Assembly (NCBI RefSeq): GCF_009914755.1
Contig: NC_060925.1
Strand: one strand, 5' to 3'
Length of the DNA: 64,000 nt
Source: the human T2T-CHM13v2.0 reference genome, Homo sapiens
Positions 15,591 to 33,200 of the stretch are shown piece after piece; position 1 is the first letter of the stretch; each line of letters begins with the position of its first letter. The notes beneath the pieces were generated by a model. That model searched no databases and was not told where the DNA came from. It saw only the letters and a list, made by a program, of their open reading frames with translations. Position numbers and translations under genes: made by a program.

Positions 15591-16446
15591 AAGAAGCAGT
15601 AACATTATTAACTTTATTGTCTTAACCCTTGAATATATGTCTTTGAAATATTTTGTGTGACAAAATGGGAAGTATGCTTATCTCAAGGAAAAGCACTTAC
15701 GCAATTGAATTGTGAACTGAATGCACCAAACACCAGTTTTACTTAAAAGAACAAATGACAAACTATAGTTATCAGACTTGGGTCTTTGGCATACTTTTTC
15801 TCAAAGGTGAATCAAGTGAGCCTATCAATTCAAGGGAAAAACAATTAGTGTTTGTTGCCAGTGAAAAAATTAGCGTCTTCAAGTGAAAATTAGGATTTGA
15901 AAAACTTATATCTACTTACAGTGAGTTTGAAAGCTTTCAATTCTAATGAGACCAGTGATAGCATTAATGAGTGTGCTCTTTAAAAAATATTGTATAATGA
16001 AATGTGTCAACATTTGGGAGATCTGCATAACTCAGTGAACCAATATTTTCCAAATGACCAATACATGATGTTACAAAATCATGCATGAGTAAAAGAGCTA
16101 TTCAAAGTGCAAGACAGACCAGTGGAGTGTAACGTTAACAGAGTATGAAACGTTCACGTAGTAACTAACTTTTAAGAAACTACCACCTCGAGTTTTGGTA
16201 TGGAAGAAAGAAGAATTTACTGAAAAGGCTATTAAAATACTTCTCTCTTTCCCAACTACATACTTTATGAAGCTCAGTTTTCATCACATATTTTAACCAA
16301 AGCAACCCATTGCAACAGATTGAATGCAGAAGCAGCTGAGAATCTAGCTGTCTTCTACAAGCCAGACAGTAAAGAGATTTGCAAAAGTGTAAAACGATGC
16401 CACTGTTCTCACTAACATTTTTGTTTTAGAAAATATACAGCTCTCT

Positions 16447-16776
<330 letters not shown>

Positions 16777-17304
16777 TCAGTGAAAATATAACAAAAGTAT
16801 TGTTATTTTGAATTAATATATGTTTTAACTTTCAGTTTTAATTTTGAATACATTGAAGATCATGAGATAAAACCACTTAAAAACTCTTTAGGTTCTTAAT
16901 TTTTTAATTAAGAACCCAATTTTTTAAATTAAGAACCTCAATTTTTTTGAGACTCTGTCTCAAAAAAAAAAAAAAAACCTGAAATTTTTTGCCCTAAACC
17001 TTTGTTCATATGAATGTACTATTAAAGAATAAGTTTATTTTACCGCTACATTCTAGTGCATATGAGCTACTGATTTTTAGCATGTTCCCAACGTGGTTGG
17101 CAGCATCTCTCTCCCTCGTGGAAGGTGCGTGTTGTCACCTTCTGCCCACACGGCCCCTGGTTTTCTCCCTCGATGGGGGAGAAAAATGGATCCCGTCGTA
17201 GTTACTGCCTCCAGGACGTGTGACACCAGCTGGCCCGCCATGGGTTTGAAGCAATTTCTGGTGATCTTGCTTAATTCTCTCTCTTCCATTTCCAAGCACA
17301 CTAT

Positions 17305-17658
<354 letters not shown>

Positions 17659-18399
17659 TAAGAACTTTACATTCATTTTCTCATTTAATCCTCACAATGA
17701 CCCTGTGAGCTAGATACTGTTATTATTCCCATTTTATAGATAAGAAAACCCAACCTCAGAGAGATTAGGGGAAACCTGTGGGAATGTAACCGATTTTAAA
17801 TCCTCTTTAATGTATAGATAAAAATTAAAGGTGAGCTTAAATCCCTTTAAATTTATACATTTAAAAAATTGTTCATCTAAAGTTTAGTACTTTAACAATT
17901 GTTCTTAGTAACAAATTACCACTAAAGGGTTAGTAACAAATTACCACACCAGCACAGATCCCCCACCCTTAAAACTGAGCCCCAGCTGAGCCCTCACATT
18001 GGGCCCTTACCCTTGAGTCCCCTGAGGCCCCGTGCTGTGTTCAGGGCATGTGTGCCCCAAACGTGAACCCTTACACTGGTGTCTTGCCTGATTTTTTTCC
18101 AGAACCTTAATACTGAGTCTTCATACCCATTTTCCTCACTGGAACCTCCCTGAGCCCTTACTTGAGGCAACATGTGTGAGCTCTTCACCTGTCTACATGT
18201 CTGACCTGCTGGTCAGCCCTGACACCAGAACCCCACGCTTGAGTCACTTAACTAGCAGCAGAGTCAGACTCTGAGACCATCCCTTTAGAGGGAGCAGCAG
18301 AGGAAATGGGAGCTGGAGGGGAAGGGAGTGGTGGAGATGGGGGTGTGAGCTGGGAGAAGCAGGCATGGGGGAAAACTCTGGGCTGTCAGCCCCTAGCTA

Positions 18400-18880
18400 T
18401 GGTCGGGAATGTTCCCAGGCAGCACTGACCTTTCACCCCCACCCGCCTCGGTGCGATGATTGGCTGTCTCTGCCATCCCCGCTTCCGGGACCAGAAGCCA
18501 CCTCTGGAGCAACTGGGGCATCCCCATGGCAACCATGCCAGGCCAGGTTGGGAGAGGTGTGGGGCTCCTTCACAGCCTTTTATTGCCCCAAAACAGGTTG
18601 ACACTCTCGTCCTGGTAACCCTCAGGGCCCTGCAGATCACAGTGTCCAGAGAGGAGGGGCTGTTGCTCCTAGCAGGTCTCTTGATTCAGGAAAAAGCGTT
18701 TCTCTGGTCTCAGCCAGATCCTTCCTGGGCTGATCTGTTGGGAAACCCAAGCTCTCTGTCCTTGGGCCCCTAGCCCCTACCAACACCCTCCTAGCGCATT
18801 CTAGCAGGAGAGCGAGAGGGAGTGGAGACAGTCTGAACTCTTCCCTCTGCCCACCTGGGTGTGGGCTTGGTGAGATACTG
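18400..18880 (+). promoter_or_regulatory. Candidate plus-strand promoter and first exon
   Basis: Locally retained CpGs, GC box (CCCACCCGCC), reverse CCAAT (TGATTGGCT), ETS core (CTTCCGG), RFX half site (CCATGGCAAC) and a donor TTG|GTGAGA near 18870. Confidence 0.3.
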
Positions 18881-19574
18881 AGGCTGGGGTGTCCACCTGA
18901 GTCCGTGGAGGGAGGAGCGACTACGGTGCGGTGGGGGCGAGGCCACTCAGGGCTTTGTGACCTAGACAGAGGCTTTATGTGGGTGATTAGCTGTCACGTT
19001 GGGTCTAAGCTCCTTACCCTCAGAACCTAGCTTTCCTGCCTGCCCCCAGGGCTAATCCAGAGGTGGGGGAGGGGCTAAAGACACTGGGCTCTGCCAGGGG
19101 CCTTGGTAGGTGCCAGTGACCCATTCTGTGTAACCAGCTGTGGCCTGTTCTCTGTGTATTTCTGCTTTTGTGGGTTTCTCTGGCTCTTCCTGCCTTTGAA
19201 TATGTGCACCTGGGTTTCCTTCTATCCCTCTCTCCATGTATGCCTTCTGTGCTGTGAACAGCTCTGTGACCCTGACTCTGGGAAGCTGTGGTTGTTGGCA
19301 GAAGGCAGGGACACCACTGGGTAATGGGTCACACAAGTCTCAATGACCGGACTGTGGTTGACAGAAAGTCTTGGGGACACAGATTTGTAGCTGGCGTGGG
19401 GTTTTCGATAACACAGGGTCCAGGTGGCAATGTATTGGGGGTGACTCAGGGTTTGAGGGACATGGGGTTATTTGTAGTTGACACACAGATTAGGTGAGCC
19501 TGAACTGTGGCAAATGCAGAGTCATCTGGGTGACTCAGTGACAGCAATTCGAAAAGAACCGGAAGGCAGCAGAA

Positions 19575-19750
19575 CAGTAGCAGTGGCTGTCCACCCACCC
19601 TGGAATGTGTGGCTGTGTCTGGAGGCATTTTTACTTGTAACACCTGAAGACAGGGGTGCCAACAGCATCTAGGGGGGCAGAGGTCAGGGATGCTGTTCAC
19701 TATCCCGCAATGCACTGGAAACTCCCCAAGAAGAAAGAACCATCTGGCCT
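19575..19750. mobile_element. MER20-like hAT element
   Basis: ...tgtctggaggcattttt...gcatctaggggggcagaggtcagggatgctg... resembles MER20. Confidence 0.65.
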
Positions 19751-20629
19751 AATGAACTGTGGACTCTGAAGCCAACTACCTAGGGTGAAATCTCAGCTCT
19801 TGCACTCTGCAGCCATGGGCAAATTTCCTCATCTCTAACATGGGGTACCTGGGTAATACCCATCTAAGGTTGTTGGGAATACTGAGCCGATACTTGTAAA
19901 GTGTTCAAAATGCCAGTGCTGTTTATTGGTTCAGAGCTGGAGAAAACAAGAGTAGACCCAGATGGAGGGACACATCCAGGTTTTCCTTTCTCATTTCGGC
20001 TTCTACTTCAGACAGGCTTTTTCCATTGCCAAAGGCCACTTCAGTCTGATGTCATGTCAGTTTAATGGTATCAGAGGAAAAGAGAGCAGTGTTTCCCTGT
20101 TTCGGTGGAGCACTGCACTTATAAATCCTGAAGAATGGCTCTGCCTTGGCTGAGCTTGGCCATGATCACCCGTAGTTTCTCGAGGTGCCATGATTGAGAT
20201 CGGAGCCACCTGCCTGGAGGAAGGACAGGCTGTTTTCCACAGGGGCGGGATGTTCTTACCAGAAGGACAGAAGGCAGTTGAGTGACCAGGATGACAGATG
20301 CTGCCATGCAAGGGTTGTGGGTGCACCTGGGTTGGCACCGTGTCTGATCCGGGAGGATTACAGGTGACCTCGTGCTGCGGGACTGCCCTGGGAGCTAATC
20401 TACCAATCTCTCAGAAACGTTCAACTTTCTTGACACTTCCTCCTCCGCCTGAAACCCTCTTCCCTGGCACTTTGGACAGCACACTCTGCTGATTCTCCTC
20501 TTCCTCCTCTGGCAGCACCTTCTGTCTCCTTTGCTGACTTCTCTTCTGCCAAGCCTGGAAATGTTGGAGTGTTCAAAACTCAATTCCAGACTCTCTTCTC
20601 CTTTTTCTTTGAACCTTCTTAGGTGGCTC

Positions 20630-20761
20630 ATCATGACATCATGTTTGGGGCTTGACATCACCATGATGGGACTATTTACACCCTGGAATTTGGAAACGTT
20701 GCAAATCAATGTCTTGTTTTTCTTGAAGAGGCAATAGTTAAACAGTTGCCAGCACCCACTG
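20630..20761 (+). mobile_element. MER63-like hAT fragment
   Basis: ...ccatgatgggactatttacaccc...ccagcacccactg terminus; a similar fragment lies at ~25240-25335. Confidence 0.55.
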
Positions 20762-21214
20762 CCCAACACCATTGTCACAAAAACTTTGTTTTATCCAGGC
20801 CTGGTCTTACCCACAACACTATTTCACTCAAATGCTTTCTCAACATACTTTCACACACAACCCAGTGTTATCCCCAAACTATTTGACCCCAGTTTAGCCC
20901 TGAGCCCATTTTCATCCAGAATGTGTCCCTCCCACAGTCATTTGCATCCAATGTTCTCTAGACACCACCATCAGCAACACAGAATCACACATAACTAAGC
21001 TGCACATAACTCAATGTTGTCACTAGGTAGTGTGTCAGATCTGTGCCCTCCAGACCCTCCTAACACAATCATTGTCACCCAGTCTTGGTGTATGTAGACG
21101 TTTTCTTAATATTTCTTAATATTCTATTTAGGATGAGCTTATCATGGAACATAAGAAAAATAAAACAGATGTCAGCCTGTGTATGAAGAATTCATCCACA
21201 AGATTTGGTAAAGG

Positions 21215-21247
<33 letters not shown>

Positions 21248-21297
21248 GCTATCATACATTCATTGGGTACTTACTAGTACCAGGCCAGTTCTAAGCA

Positions 21298-21602
<305 letters not shown>

Positions 21603-21608
21603 TAAGCA

Positions 21609-21642
<34 letters not shown>

Positions 21643-21810
21643 ATCTAATCTTCACAACAATCCTATGAAGTAGATACTATATGTTCTTCATTTTAACAGC
21701 TCAGGAAATGGATGTGCAGAGGTTAAGTAACTGGTTCAAGTCCATGTGGCTAGTAAATAGCAAATCTAGAATCTGATCTGAGGCAGTCTGGCTTAAAAAT
21801 ATGCATTCTT

Positions 21811-22118
21811 AGCTGGGTACAGTGGCTCACGCCTGTAATCCCAGCACATTGGGAGGCCGAGAGGCAGCTGCATCACTTGAGGTCAGGAGTTCAAGACCAG
21901 CCTGGGCAATATGGTGAAACCTGGTCTCTACTAAAAATACAAAAATTAGCTAGGTGTGATGGTGTGCACCTGTAATCCCAGCTACTCAGGAGGCTGAGGC
22001 AGGAGAATCGCTTGAACCAGGGAGGCGGAGGCTGCAGTGAGCCGAGCGAGATCGTGCCACTGCACTCCAGCCTAGACAACAGAGCAAGACTCAGTCTCAA
22101 AAAAAAAAAAAAAAAAAA
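21811..22118 (+). mobile_element. AluS
   Basis: Dimeric Alu with A tail. Confidence 0.95.
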
Positions 22119-23062
22119 GCATTCTCTGTACTAGGCTACAGACATGTCCTTGAAAGTATTTATGCTTACTTTGTTGTTGTTGCCTCCTGTGATTAGAAAA
22201 TATTATGTTTAGATATGCTTGTTTTTATTTTAAAATGTACAAGAAGAAGTAATGTTGTATTAGTCAGTAAGCTTTGGTCATAGAAATGTTTTCTTTGCAA
22301 AGGGTTGCCCATTTTTGTTTTCCTAAGATGGAGCAATTGTACTCATAGCATTGAGCCACCCATTCCTCTGAGTGGGCTAATGAGAGGTTGGTCATGAATT
22401 TTGATCTGATGACTTTGAGGAGAGAGAACCGTAAGCACTGGTCCTGGGGTAAAGGGTGGTGTGGTAGGGAGGGAGGAGGAGGACAGATGGTGGGAACCAG
22501 AAGAACCAGGTCCAGACAGGCTCCAGCCTGGTCATGAGATGGGGCTGCCATGGTTGATAAATGCTTGAGGTTTGGTTGATGATCTGAGGCCCAGTTCAAC
22601 TCTTGGCTTCCCCTGGAGCATTGCTGGGGACCCGGCACAGTGACATCAACATCACTAGTAGCCCATCTGCCATCAGTCACATCCATCTTGAGGGAAAGAA
22701 TGCTTAGATCGTGAGAGCATCCTGCCCTGGGACCAAGGATTTGAGAATGAGGGCACGAGTCGGGGTGCTACTTCCTTCCTTGTTCATATCACCTATTTCC
22801 TTCTTAGGTGCCTGGTACAAGGAATAATTAGATAGAAACACATGGGTAGCTTAGATAGGGAAGAGGAAGAATCCCTTAGGAGTCTACAGACGCCATACTG
22901 CAACACATTGGCATTAGAAGTAGGATTGTAGTGTCCTCTAGTGGACACTTTGTGAATTTACATAGTATTATTTACTGGATGTGGCCAATAAAGGTGGGCT
23001 GAATCCAGAAAAGGGAAGATTGGCATCCAGAGTGTTTGGAGAGTGGGCCCATAAGAGAACAT

Positions 23063-23067
23063 TGTGT

Positions 23068-23110
<43 letters not shown>
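23063..23110. repeat. (GT)n microsatellite
   Basis: Visible GT run. Confidence 0.95.
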
Positions 23111-23111
<1 letters not shown>

Positions 23112-23278
23112 ACGTGCACGCACGTATGTGTTGGGGGCTGTGTAGCTTCTCCTAACTTCACCATGCAGAAGTCAAGGAAACGGTTACAGAGGCAAAATGT
23201 GGGAGTAGCTAATGGCAATGGCCCAGAGAGATGAAAAAATGTGAGAAAACCAAAGCTTGGAGGTAGGAACTTTCCGAT

Positions 23279-23399
23279 TCTTTTGGAGTAGACTAAGGTG
23301 ACTTAAGTAGGAAAAGAACGCATAGCCAGTAACTCTCCCAACAGAACTGGATACGTGCCTGGGGTGATTCAGGATGTCCAGTTAAGCTGGGAAATACTG
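23279..23399 (+). repeat. 121-bp unique segment duplicated at 24993-25113
   Basis: Direct alignment by eye: 6 mismatches, no gaps. Confidence 0.95.
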
Positions 23400-24036
23400 A
23401 TTCCACTGATCCCCTTCATTCACTCAGAGCAGACCGAAGACTGTGAGACTTCCTCCCCACAGTGAGCTAAAAGGACGCTTTTGTCAGAGTGGGGAAATAA
23501 AAGGGCTTTATGGGAAGGAAGATAAGAACAGATGAGTCAGAGGTTTCTGCTTAATGGTGAGTATTTTTGTCTTAAAATGTGTGTTTTTCTTCTTTGGAGA
23601 AGGTACTGCACTCTTTTTGTGTTTTGAGCTGGAGACTTTCTTTGATATGACTGGGTTTTAAGCTAGTTGGTTACAAATGAATATTTGGGGCTTTAGAAAA
23701 TATTCTTTATGTTTGGATGGGATCTCCTAAGTACATAAATAAATTGTTTTATTATTAACCTAAGTTTCTCTTGGTGAAATTTTCTGTGTGTTTGACTGGC
23801 CACAGTGTAATTTGCTTAATTTTTGAACACAGTAAGATTTATCTACAAATTAGAGGTGTTGCAAAGTTGATTTAGTTTGATAATGATTAGTTTTCTTTGT
23901 TTTTATGTGTGTACACAGTGCATTGGGTTTAATAAGCTTTTTATTGGAGTAAATCATTCGTGCAGAAAAATGCATTAATCATAAGCATATAGCTTAATGC
24001 GTCACCACAACTTGAACACATTTGTGTAAACATAAC

Positions 24037-24415
24037 TGTCTTAGTCTGCTGGGGCTGCTATAGCAAAATGCCACAGACTGGGTGGCTTAAACAACAGACA
24101 TTTATTTCTCACAATTCTGGAGCCTGGGAAGTCCAAGATCAAGGTGCTGGCGGGGTTGGGTTCTGGTGAGGGCTCTCTTCCTGGCTTGTAGATGACTGCC
24201 TTCTCACTGTGTCTTCACAGTGTAGAGAGAGCATGAGCAAGCTCTCTGGTCTCTTCTTATAAGGGCACTAATCCCATCATCAGGACCCTACCCTCATCAC
24301 CGCATCTAAACCTAATTTCTTCCCAACGACCCCGTCTCCTAATCCCACCACATTTGGGATTAGGGACTCAGTGCATGAATTTGGGGGGCACACAACATTT
24401 AGTTCATAATAATAA
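24037..24415 (-). mobile_element. MLT1A-type MaLR solo LTR
   Basis: tgtcttagtctgctggggctgctatagcaaaatgccacagactgggtggcttaaacaacagacatttatttctcac... Confidence 0.85.
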
Positions 24416-24559
24416 CCATCCAGTAAAGATGCCTCTCTTGTGCTACCTCCCAATCCCAGCCCTCTGCCCTCCCCAAGGTGACCACTAGCTTAACTTCTAA
24501 CCACATAGAGTTTTGCCTGTTTTTGAATTTCATATAGTTAGAATTATACAGTATATATT

Positions 24560-24852
24560 CTTTTCTTTTTGAGAGAAGGTCTCACTCTGTCACCCAGGCT
24601 GGAGTGCAGTAGCACGATCTCAGTTCACTGCAACCTCTGCTTCCCAGGGTCAAGCAATCCTCTGAGCTCAGCCTCCTGAATAGCTGGGACTACAGGCATG
24701 TGCCACCATGCCTGGCTAATTTTTGTATTGTTTGTAGGGATGGGGTTTCACCAGGTGGTCCAGGCTGGTCTTTAACTCCTGGACTCAGAAAATCCACCCA
24801 CCTTGGCCTCCCAAAGGGTTGGAATTACCAGCGTGAGCCGCCACACCCGGCC
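24560..24852 (-). mobile_element. Alu within an old antisense L1
   Basis: Antisense Alu. Confidence 0.9.
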
Positions 24853-25339
24853 TATGTATTGTTTTCAATCTATAAGGTTTATCTGTGCTGTTATGTATAG
24901 TAGCATGTTCATTTCCATTGTGGTATACTATTCCATTGCATGAATATATAATAATTTATCCATTTTAGCTTTTCAGTTTCAAATAATGTGTATCTTTTGG
25001 AGTAGACTAAGGTGACTTAAGTAGGAAAAGAATGCATAGCCAGTAACTCTCCCAACAGAATTGGATTCATGCCTGGGGTGATTCAGGATGTCCAGTTAAG
25101 TTGAGAAATACTGTACATCTTGGAGTACAGTTACTGTCTCCTGGCATATGCATATCTTCACCTTTAGTAGATAGCATCGCATGGTTTTATAAAGTGGTTT
25201 TACCAATTTATGCTGCCACCAGCAATGTGTGAGTTCAGCAATGATAAAAGTTATTTACACCACAGAAATTGGCAACTTTTACAAATCAGAGTTTCTTTCT
25301 TAACCAGTTGTAAAATAATTACCAGCACACCACTGCCAA

Positions 25340-26101
<762 letters not shown>

Positions 26102-26104
26102 ACA

Positions 26105-26122
26105 TGGCACCAAACATGCGGC
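26105..26122 (+). other. Primer-binding site, best match tRNA-Lys(CUU)
   Basis: TGGCACCAAACATGCGGC versus TGGCGCCCAACGTGGGGC is 14/18; two of the differences are CpG decay. Confidence 0.65.
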
Positions 26123-27806
26123 AGAAGAGAGAAAACGACAGCATGAGAGACGGAGAAAGAAATGGCAGTTGGCAAGGTGGTAATGAGAGACAGCAGTTGG
26201 CAAGACAGTGAGAGACAGCAAGAGATGGCAAGTGACAGTTATTGTTAAGATGACAAATGGAGAGATGGCAAGAAATAGAGAAGCAGTCAGTGATGGAGGC
26301 TGCAAGAGTTGTAACACTAACCAAAGGCTCTTTTTAGAATCATCGTTTTCCCTGGCAGGTGGTACAGCCAAGCAGACAGGCAAGTAAGTGGCCATACTGC
26401 TACTGCCTCATGTAGGATCCGGCAGGCTGGTGGGTTATCAGTCCTCACGTGGGACCCTCCCACCATGGCAGCTGAGCACATCCAAGCTGGGGGATCCTGA
26501 AGAGACCTTCACCTGGGTGCCACGTGGAAGATTGGCCAGCACCATTTTGACTCCTGTGGATGGGTGAGTGTTTTGCCCACCCCCAACCCAATAACATCAG
26601 GTAAGCTCAGGAATTAAAGCCTTTGGCTAAGAGGTCAGTTAAAAGTCCCTCATCATTTGGATACCCTTAAACACTTCCTTGTCCTTGTCACCCTTTTCCC
26701 TGATTGTTTCCCCTCTGACTCCATTGTATTGCTCCACCAGTCGTTTTATTTTCAGTCCTAAGATGTATGTTTTGTTGGCAGTCTTTGTTTTCATTTTGAT
26801 TTTCTATTGACTAAATTTGGGGAATGATTTAAGGCAGGACACTTGGCCATGCAAGGCCTCCTGTTGTGTTGTTCTGTGACCTCCAACTTGGCCTGAGGTT
26901 TGCTGTTGGCCAACCCCCTGGTGCCCTGGGGTTTTCAGCATTTGGTGAGGGGACCCTTGTTGGCTGAAACTCAGGTACTCCAGGTTTTTCAGCATTGGTA
27001 TTGCTGAAAATGCTCTGGGGTTTTCGGCATTGACATTCCCTCTTTCATTGAGTGGATAGAGGCTTTCCCCACAGGAACAGAAAAAGGCATTAGAAGTGTC
27101 CAAATTCTTACTTAAAGAGATCATTGCAAGGTTTGGGTTACCTAGAAGTCTGCTCAGTGATAACAGAACCTCCTTCACAGCTAAAGTGACCCAGCAGGCT
27201 TCCTGAGCCTTAGGCATTACCTGTCATCTTCACTCTTGGAGACCTCAATCCTCAGGTAAGGTAGAAAAAGCTATTTCTCCCCTAGGGGAATCTTGGTCTT
27301 GCCTTTTTCTGCTCTGAAGTTAGAAGTTATTATTTTCCTAATAGCCAGTTGCAGACCTCTTCCTGTGTGCTGTCTTACAACTGCATAACTGTCTTGCTTA
27401 AGCCCTCTTGGTTGAAGGGGACTGGGAGTTCCCAGGCCCCTGATGGACAGCCACCAACAGCAGTAGAAAAGTGGCCACCTGAACGTTGTTTTTGGTGTCT
27501 CTCCTACTGGGTAGGTTCTCTGGCAGTGAGGGCCCCTGAGGTCTCCCCTTGGGCAATGCTATTTACCCCTGCCCTTCTTCCCTTCCACTGTCACCATTTG
27601 TTTAGTCTCTCTCTGCCTAACCCTCACTCTCTGTGGAATTTAGGCCAACATTCTGTTTCCCATTTGCAGCTTATAATCCACTTTTATAACACCTTGCTGT
27701 CTATATTTACACCTTCTTTGTACAAAGTGGGAATTTAAAAGGGAAAAGTAACTAGGCATTTGCTAAGCTTAGGTCACTAAAACCCCCATAGAGAGCCTTA
27801 CTAGAC

Positions 27807-30256
<2,450 letters not shown>

Positions 30257-33200
30257 TGGGGCCTGCGGTCCTCTACAACTCCTACTGGACACCTTACCAT
30301 CTCCATAGAGGAGTCTTTGGTAACCCTGGACACGGCAGGCAAAAATACTGGGTTCTTAATGGACATGGGAGCAGCCTACTCAGTTGTAACCCATTTCTCA
30401 GGGCCTCTGTCTTCCTGCTCTTGTACAGTAACAGGGATTGATGGCCAGCCAAAAATTAGGAGATTTATCCACCCCCTTGGTTGCACCCTGGAAGACCATA
30501 CATTTTCCCACGGGTTTTTACTTATGCCTAAGTGTCCTATCCCTCTACTGGGGAGAGAATTACTTTCCCAGTTACAGGCCACAGTTCAATTTCAAGTGCC
30601 TCATAAGAAGGCAACAGGCTGGGAATGGACACTTCTAGCTCTAAGTGCTTACCTCAACACAGATAAAGAGATGCTCTTCCCGCCACATATTGCTTCTCAG
30701 GTAGACCCCTCTGTTTGGGTCATGGAAGTTCCTGCTAGAGCTGTTAGTGTACCCCCATTCCAGGTTATTTTAAAACCCAATGTTAATTACATGTGGAAGA
30801 CACAATATCCTTTGAGACCCAAGGCTCAGAAGAATATCCAGCCCCTAATAACAAAGTTCCTAAAGTCTGGATTCCTACAATCCTGTGCCAGTCCCCATGT
30901 AACACCCTTATTTTACCTGTAAAGAAGCCAAATGGAGAATATAGATTTGTTCAGGATCAGAGGGCAGTTAATGAGATAGTAGTCCCAGTCCACCCAATAG
31001 TTCGCAATCCTTACGAATATTTACCCATGTCTCTGAAGATGCTCATTGGTTCATAGTAAGGATGCTTTCTTTTATATAACTTTATACCCAGACTCTCAGT
31101 ACATTTTTGCTTTTAAATGGACTGATCTAGACTCTCATGCCGCATCTCAGCTTACCTGGACAGTCCTTCCCTCAAGGTTTTAGAGACAGTCTCCATCTCT
31201 TCTGCAATGCATTAGCCAAGGAGTTAAGGGAACTACAGTTAACTAATGGATCCCTCTTGCAATATGGAGATGACCTATTACTCTCCAGCCTCACTAGGGA
31301 AGACGGACAGGAACACAATCCAGCTCCTTAATTTTCTGGGAAAGCGAGGATAGTGGGTTTCCCCCAGCAAGGCCCAGATCTCTGTGCAAAAGGCTAAATA
31401 TTGGGGGTATGTGCTCACTCCTGGAACAAGGACTTTTGCCCAAAAGCAAAAAGAGACCATCCTGGCACTCCAGTCCCTCAGACTAAGAAGCAAGTAATAG
31501 CCTTTTTGGGAATCCTGATCTGGATTCCTGGGTTTGAGCTTAGAGCAAGCCACTCCGTGAAGCTCTAAAGGGGAGTGATCATGAGCCTTTGAATTGGGAT
31601 GGAACCTGCTAACAGGCATTCTTAACACTAAAAGAAAAGCTGGGAACAGCTCCTGCTTTGGGACTCCCTAACTTAGAAAAAAACTTTCACCCTTTATGTG
31701 GCTGAAAAACAAGGGATGGCTTTGGGCATCCTAACTCAAAGGCCCGGGAATAGTCCCAGGCCAGTGGCTTACTTTTCTAACAGCTAGACCAGGTGGCAGC
31801 CACATGGCCAGGATGCTTGCAAGCTGTGGCCACCACTGCTCTATTGGTAGAAGAAGCCAGTAAGTTTACCTTGGGACAACAATTAGATGTCATGACCCAC
31901 CACCAAGTATAGGGAATCTTAGAGACAAAAGGACACCAATGGCTAACAGGAGGTCACTTACTTAAATATCAGGCCCTTCTGCTTGACATCCAGCTGTTAC
32001 TTTTAAAGTATATCAAGTTTTAAACCCTGCTACCCTGTTGATGGGCTTCATGTCCCAAGAAACAGATCCCCAACTCATTCATTCCTGCGTGGAAACCATA
32101 GAACAGACCTACTCTAGCAGGCCTGATCTCAAAGATGAGCCCCTGCCTAACCCTGGTGTTTGGTGGTTTACAGATGGGAGTAGCTTTATGCATGAGGGGT
32201 AAGGAAGACAGGTTATACAGTGGCTAGCCAACAAGAGATCATTGAGACAAAAGCTTTGCCTCCCTAGACTTCCATTCAAAAACTGGAATTAATTGCTTTA
32301 ATTAGGGCCCTCCAATTGGGAAAAGACTTAACAGTCAATATACTTACTAATTCCAAATATGGGTTCCTGGTGCTCCATGCTTATGCTGCCACATGAAAAG
32401 AAAGGAGAACGTTAACAGCTAAGGGATCCCCCATACAACATCACTCAGAGATCCTGGAACTTTTAGATGCTGTCCTTTTCCTTTGGGAAAAGGAGGTAGC
32501 AGTTAGTCACTGCAGGGGACACCAAAAGGGATACACCTCCCTTATTTGAGGAAGTGCTCCACCAGACAGAGCAGCTAAAGCCACAGCTAAGGAAACACCA
32601 GTATTCCCATTCACTGCATTTATGCCAGCTACTCCACCTGTGTCAGCAGCACCATACTATATCTCTGAGGAAATTAAATGGGCAGAATAGAAAAGCTTAC
32701 AAAAGGATCCCTCAGGATGGTTGCTAGAAAACAACAAACTCTTTCTCCCTGAGGCTGAGCAATGGAAAATAATTAAGTATTCCCATGACTCCTTACATTT
32801 GGGACAGGACTCCCTATTCAAATTAGTTTCTCAAATCTTCCTGGGAAAGAAATTATTCCAGACTGTAAAGTGGGTCACCAGGGCCCATGAACTTTATGCC
32901 GGTAATGACCCAGGGAGCTGCCCATACCCTCATCCCTACTCACTCCTGTACAACATCAAGGAACATACCATGGGGAAGACTGGCAAATAGATTTTACTCA
33001 GATGCCACCATACAGGGGACTGAAATATTTGCTAGTATTTATAGACACTTTCACCGAGTGGATAGAGGATTTCACCACAAGAACAGAAAACGCATTAGAA
33101 GTGCCAATTCCTACTTAAAGAGATCATCCCAAGATTTGGATTACCTAAAAGTCAGCAGAGTGATAATGGACCCTCCTACAGCTAAAGTGACCCAGCAGGC

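Noticed and set aside
17907-17947. 18-bp direct repeat TTAGTAACAAATTACCAC with a short spacer
   Set aside because: Only two copies; an ordinary micro-duplication, not an array or CRISPR-like structure.
26804-27217. 137-aa antisense ORF in the ERV leader
   Set aside because: Largely the reverse complement of the integrase-derived insert; no independent coding evidence.
27349-27738. 129-aa ORF in the ERV leader as a pre-gag gene
   Set aside because: Non-ATG start and no recognisable motif; not supportable without family alignments.
30317-30922. 201-aa protease/RT ORF as a functional gene
   Set aside because: Catalytic DTG reads DMG, there is no ATG at the listed start, and the frame breaks early in RT.
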